Shown here one piece after another: positions 61,088-64,000 of a stretch of DNA of 64,000 bases. Under the pieces are notes generated by a model, which saw only the letters and a list, made by a program, of their open reading frames with translations, searched no databases and was not told the origin of the DNA. Each line of letters begins with the position of its first letter. Within the stretch, counting starts at the first letter, position 1. Made by a program: the position numbers and the translations under genes. The stretch is from Harriotta raleighana (taxonomy: Eukaryota): the NCBI GenBank assembly GCA_050575255.1, contig JBNZDD010013709.1:4805693-4869692 (forward strand), in the 5' to 3' direction.

Positions 61088-61967
61088 AATACAATATTAA
61101 GGCATATTAAGGCTGTAGTGGTATTAAGTGTAAATGACTGCTGTCTAAGGAAGGTTATGTAACACAAGTGTTTTATTTAACACATGTTGTTATAAAACTG
61201 GTTTTGCCTTTCTTTCCAAGCTCTCCTCAGTCTATCATTTGATATATTATTATCTGATCCTCTGGATATAACTGTTACACTATCTATGGGATAGTGGTAT
61301 GAACAGATTCTCTTTCTTCCACCAGCTTTTTAGCCACATTATCTCTCACATTTTCAGCTCCTCCTCTCTTTCCCGCAGCTCAGGCTCTCTGTCAACTTCG
61401 TCAGGTGCTTTCAGTGCCTACAATTTATTACAAAAAAGACGGAAGCTGAAGTCTAGTAAGCTGGTCGCAGAGACCATACTGAGACTATTTGAACTTAAGC
61501 AAGTGAACTTAAAGAAAAATTAAAGTGAACGTCAGGGAAAATGGAGAGGAAACATTTACTACAGAATATCAAATAAAGATGATGTATTTTCCAGTAAAGG
61601 TCAATAAAAGAAAGCCTTAGAAGTGACCTTATGGTGACATTTTGCATTAATGTTGATGGAGCAATAAATGCCGTTATGGATCAATTCCTAAAAGTTGTGT
61701 TTTTAACTATACATGGCTTGAAATTGAATTTGGATCTAAACACTGTGTTTCTTTTTCTAAATTGGCTTAACCTAAAAAAGTAAACATTTGGATGACAACA
61801 TCATAGATCTAAACTTGCCAACCCAAATGTGCATTCAAAGCTATAACCTCAAAGCTCAACACTTGTATAAATACCTGATGTGAAACTTCTTCAGAATTCA
61901 ACCGTATATTCAAATAAATATTTGTTTGGTAGGTTTTTTGCTTTTTCTTATGCTCACTGTATGCTAG

Positions 61968-62292
61968 CTGTTAGCTTAGCTCATTTGGTGACGTACAACA
62001 CCATGAAATTACACTTGTAAAGCGCCTTTCACGTCAGGAGGACGTCCCAAAGCGTTGATGTAGATTCTTACTCTGAACAATGGGGGTTCAAGCCCCATGT
62101 CAGAACTTTGACATCACATAGTCTAGGCTGACACTCTAGTATAGCATGAGAAACTCCCTTCTCTTCTCAAATAGAGTCATGGAATCTTTAATGTGTACCA
62201 AAAACGGGATCTCGGTTTTATATCTCAATTAAAGGAAGCACAGGATTGCCAATAATGCTGCACTCTCCGGGTTCCCCACTAGTGTCAGCCGA
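61968..62292. mobile_element. Rearranged old Deu-SINE with an inserted L2 tail (~61997-62056, minus)
   Basis: Plus-strand head (GGGTTCAAGCCCCATG..CTAGGCTGACACT), then minus-strand Deu body (GAGAAACTCC..AGTGTCAGCC). L2 stem-loop GCGCCTTTCACGTCAGGAGGACGTCCCAAAGCG lies within the head. Confidence 0.6.
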
Positions 62293-62577
62293 GATTTGAT
62301 TTTAATCACATTTTAAGCACAGCCCCTGAAAATGGGTTTTAAAACGATTCACCACTTTTCAAAAGAATATTTCACAAACAAATTTGATTCACAAAAAAAA
62401 CTTTGCACTGCACCCAGCAGAGATTTAAATGGAATTAAAGTTGACTTTTGGCACAGATATGAAGTAAGTCATAAATAAACACAACTAGAAAAATTATAAA
62501 CATTGAATGACTGGCGAATAAAAGCATCTTACTTGTAAAATGGCAAACTGTTTTAACTTGAAGATATTCAAAGCTCA

Positions 62578-62770
62578 AAAGTAAGTGCCCTATCTATAAA
62601 GTAACTATCCCAATTTACTCAATGAAGTAACTCCCTAGATAACCAGTAAAGTAATACTCCCAAACTCTCTATAAAATAACTCTTCCTGAATTACTAGCAA
62701 TATAGCTCTCATTGAGTTATGTGTGAAGTAATTCTCTCTACTTAAACTAGCTGGAAAGTCACTCTCCCTA
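62578..62770 (+). repeat. Degenerate array of ~8 copies of an AAAGTAACTCTCCC-like motif
   Basis: AAAGTAAGTGCCC, AAAGTAACTATCCC, GAAGTAACTCCC, AAAGTAATACTCCC, AAAATAACTCTTCC, AATATAGCTCTC, GAAGTAATTCTCTC, AAAGTCACTCTCCC at ~25-nt spacing. Confidence 0.6.
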
Positions 62771-62884
62771 AGATAGCATTGTTTCACAGTGCTTTGCTCC
62801 ACAACACATGTAATGCTAAGGGAAATGAGTCAGGCAAAAGCTTAGCTTTTTGTTTTGGACCTTGATTAAGATTCTGATTAAGAG

Positions 62885-63270
62885 AATCATAGAATTACAC
62901 AGCAGAGAAAGAGGCTATTCAGCCCATCATGTCTGTGGCTGCTCTTTGAAAAGAGTTGTCCAAATCAACCCGACTCCCCCGCTCTCTCCCTGCAAACATG
63001 TGTTCTCCAAATAACTATCTACTTCTCTCTTAAAAGTTGTAACCAAATTGGTTTTTACCACCGTATCAGGTAATGCATTCCAGATCTGAACAACTCGCTG
63101 TGTGAAAACATTTCTTCTCTCCTCTGTTTCTTATAACAATTAGTTTTAATCGGTTTCCTCAGGTTACCGACCCACTCGCCAGTGGAAGTAGTTTCTCTTT
63201 GTTCAACCTATCGAATCCCCTCATAATTTTGAAAACTTCTATTACACCTCCTCTTAACCTTCTCTGCATG
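62885..63270 (-). mobile_element. CR1 LINE 3' end
   Basis: AATCATAGAAT..CAGCAGAGAAAGAGGCTATTCAGCCCATC..ATTCCAGATC..AACAACTCGCTGTGTGAAAA..CCCCTCATAATTTTGAAAACTTCTAT..CTCTTAACCTTCTCTG (reverse of the RRLRG..IEVFKIM / F.QRVV..WN C-terminus). Confidence 0.85.
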
Positions 63271-64000
63271 AATAATCCAGATGAATAATGTATCCTATGA
63301 AAACAAATAGAAATATTCCAACAAGCCTTGACTAATTTTGACTCAGCAAAATTAAAGTTTACAATAAAAGCTCAGCATGCCACAACTCGCAGAGTCCCGG
63401 AGCCATCATCACAGCCCAAATGGATCAGCATAGTGTCATAAAGTTATAATATCCTGGGAAATTTGTTCCAGTAACATGGTTAATGACAGCACAGACCCAT
63501 GGCCATTAAATGCAGAAAACAAGGAGAGTACATGACTGTATCAATAACCAATTTTGAAATAAAATTTAGCATGAAAGATTTATTATTCTTTAAGGTTAAT
63601 TTAATATGTATATAACGTATTGGATGTCATAGGATCATTTAACAAAAGCAAAACTATATTTCATTTTTTTTATATTTGGTGTGTGGACACACCAAACATT
63701 ATATTCTATCAGGATACATAACATTTTTCAAGAATGAAGGGTAACAGGGGCCATATGGTTTTATTTTAGCAAAGGGATTGTCAGATTTTAATCATTGTAT
63801 ATTTTATGATTGTAAACCCATAGAACTATAATAATGTATGAAGCAGTAGGAAGGCATTTGATACATTGCATTGTGTTAGTGTTAGTTCCTTCAATGAAGC
63901 ACGGAATTAGCATTTAAGGTATGCACATGGACTGACAACAAAGGAAGTGCAATACAATTATACAGAAGGTACTGCACATAGGAAGCAAGAATAGGAAACA

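Noticed and set aside
61346-61417. Minus-strand acceptor followed by ALKAPDEVDREPELREREEELKM*
   Set aside because: A purine-rich low-complexity stretch gives charged peptides by chance, and no supporting upstream exon was found.
62578-62770. CRISPR array interpretation
   Set aside because: Vertebrate DNA, degenerate ~13-nt repeats, very short spacers and no cas genes.

Overview
This is AT-rich, repeat-dense vertebrate non-coding DNA (intergenic or a very large intron). The repeat set suggests a cartilaginous fish, probably a chimaera/elephant-shark type genome; that assignment is inferred from the repeats, not proven. I recognise no host protein-coding exon, and the supplied ORFs are mostly chance ORFs in repeats or run through the N gap. 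The only clear protein-derived sequence is a decayed L2 LINE reverse-transcriptase fragment ([36 protein letters not shown], minus strand, ~10.8-10.9 kb). Repeats present: (i) a younger tRNA-headed SINE family with a Deu-like body and an L2-type stem-loop tail, in short, long and tail-swapped forms; (ii) an older full Deu-domain SINE; (iii) L2 and CR1 3' fragments; (iv) TA-flanked Tigger/pogo-like MITEs, one nested in another; (v) Penelope-like terminal repeats, one retaining a near-complete minimal hammerhead ribozyme core. There is also a decayed tRNA-Gly(GCC) pseudogene, a 1561-bp duplication around a single N (probable assembly artefact), a 531-N gap, and repeat-free islands that may be conserved non-coding elements or lncRNA exons. 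I found no convincing wholly new biological system. The most interesting signals are the hammerhead remnant, SINE 3'-tail swapping, the nested MITE stack with a shared module, and a 23-bp exact inverted local copy. Repeat boundaries were read by eye and are approximate unless TIR/TSD ends are quoted.
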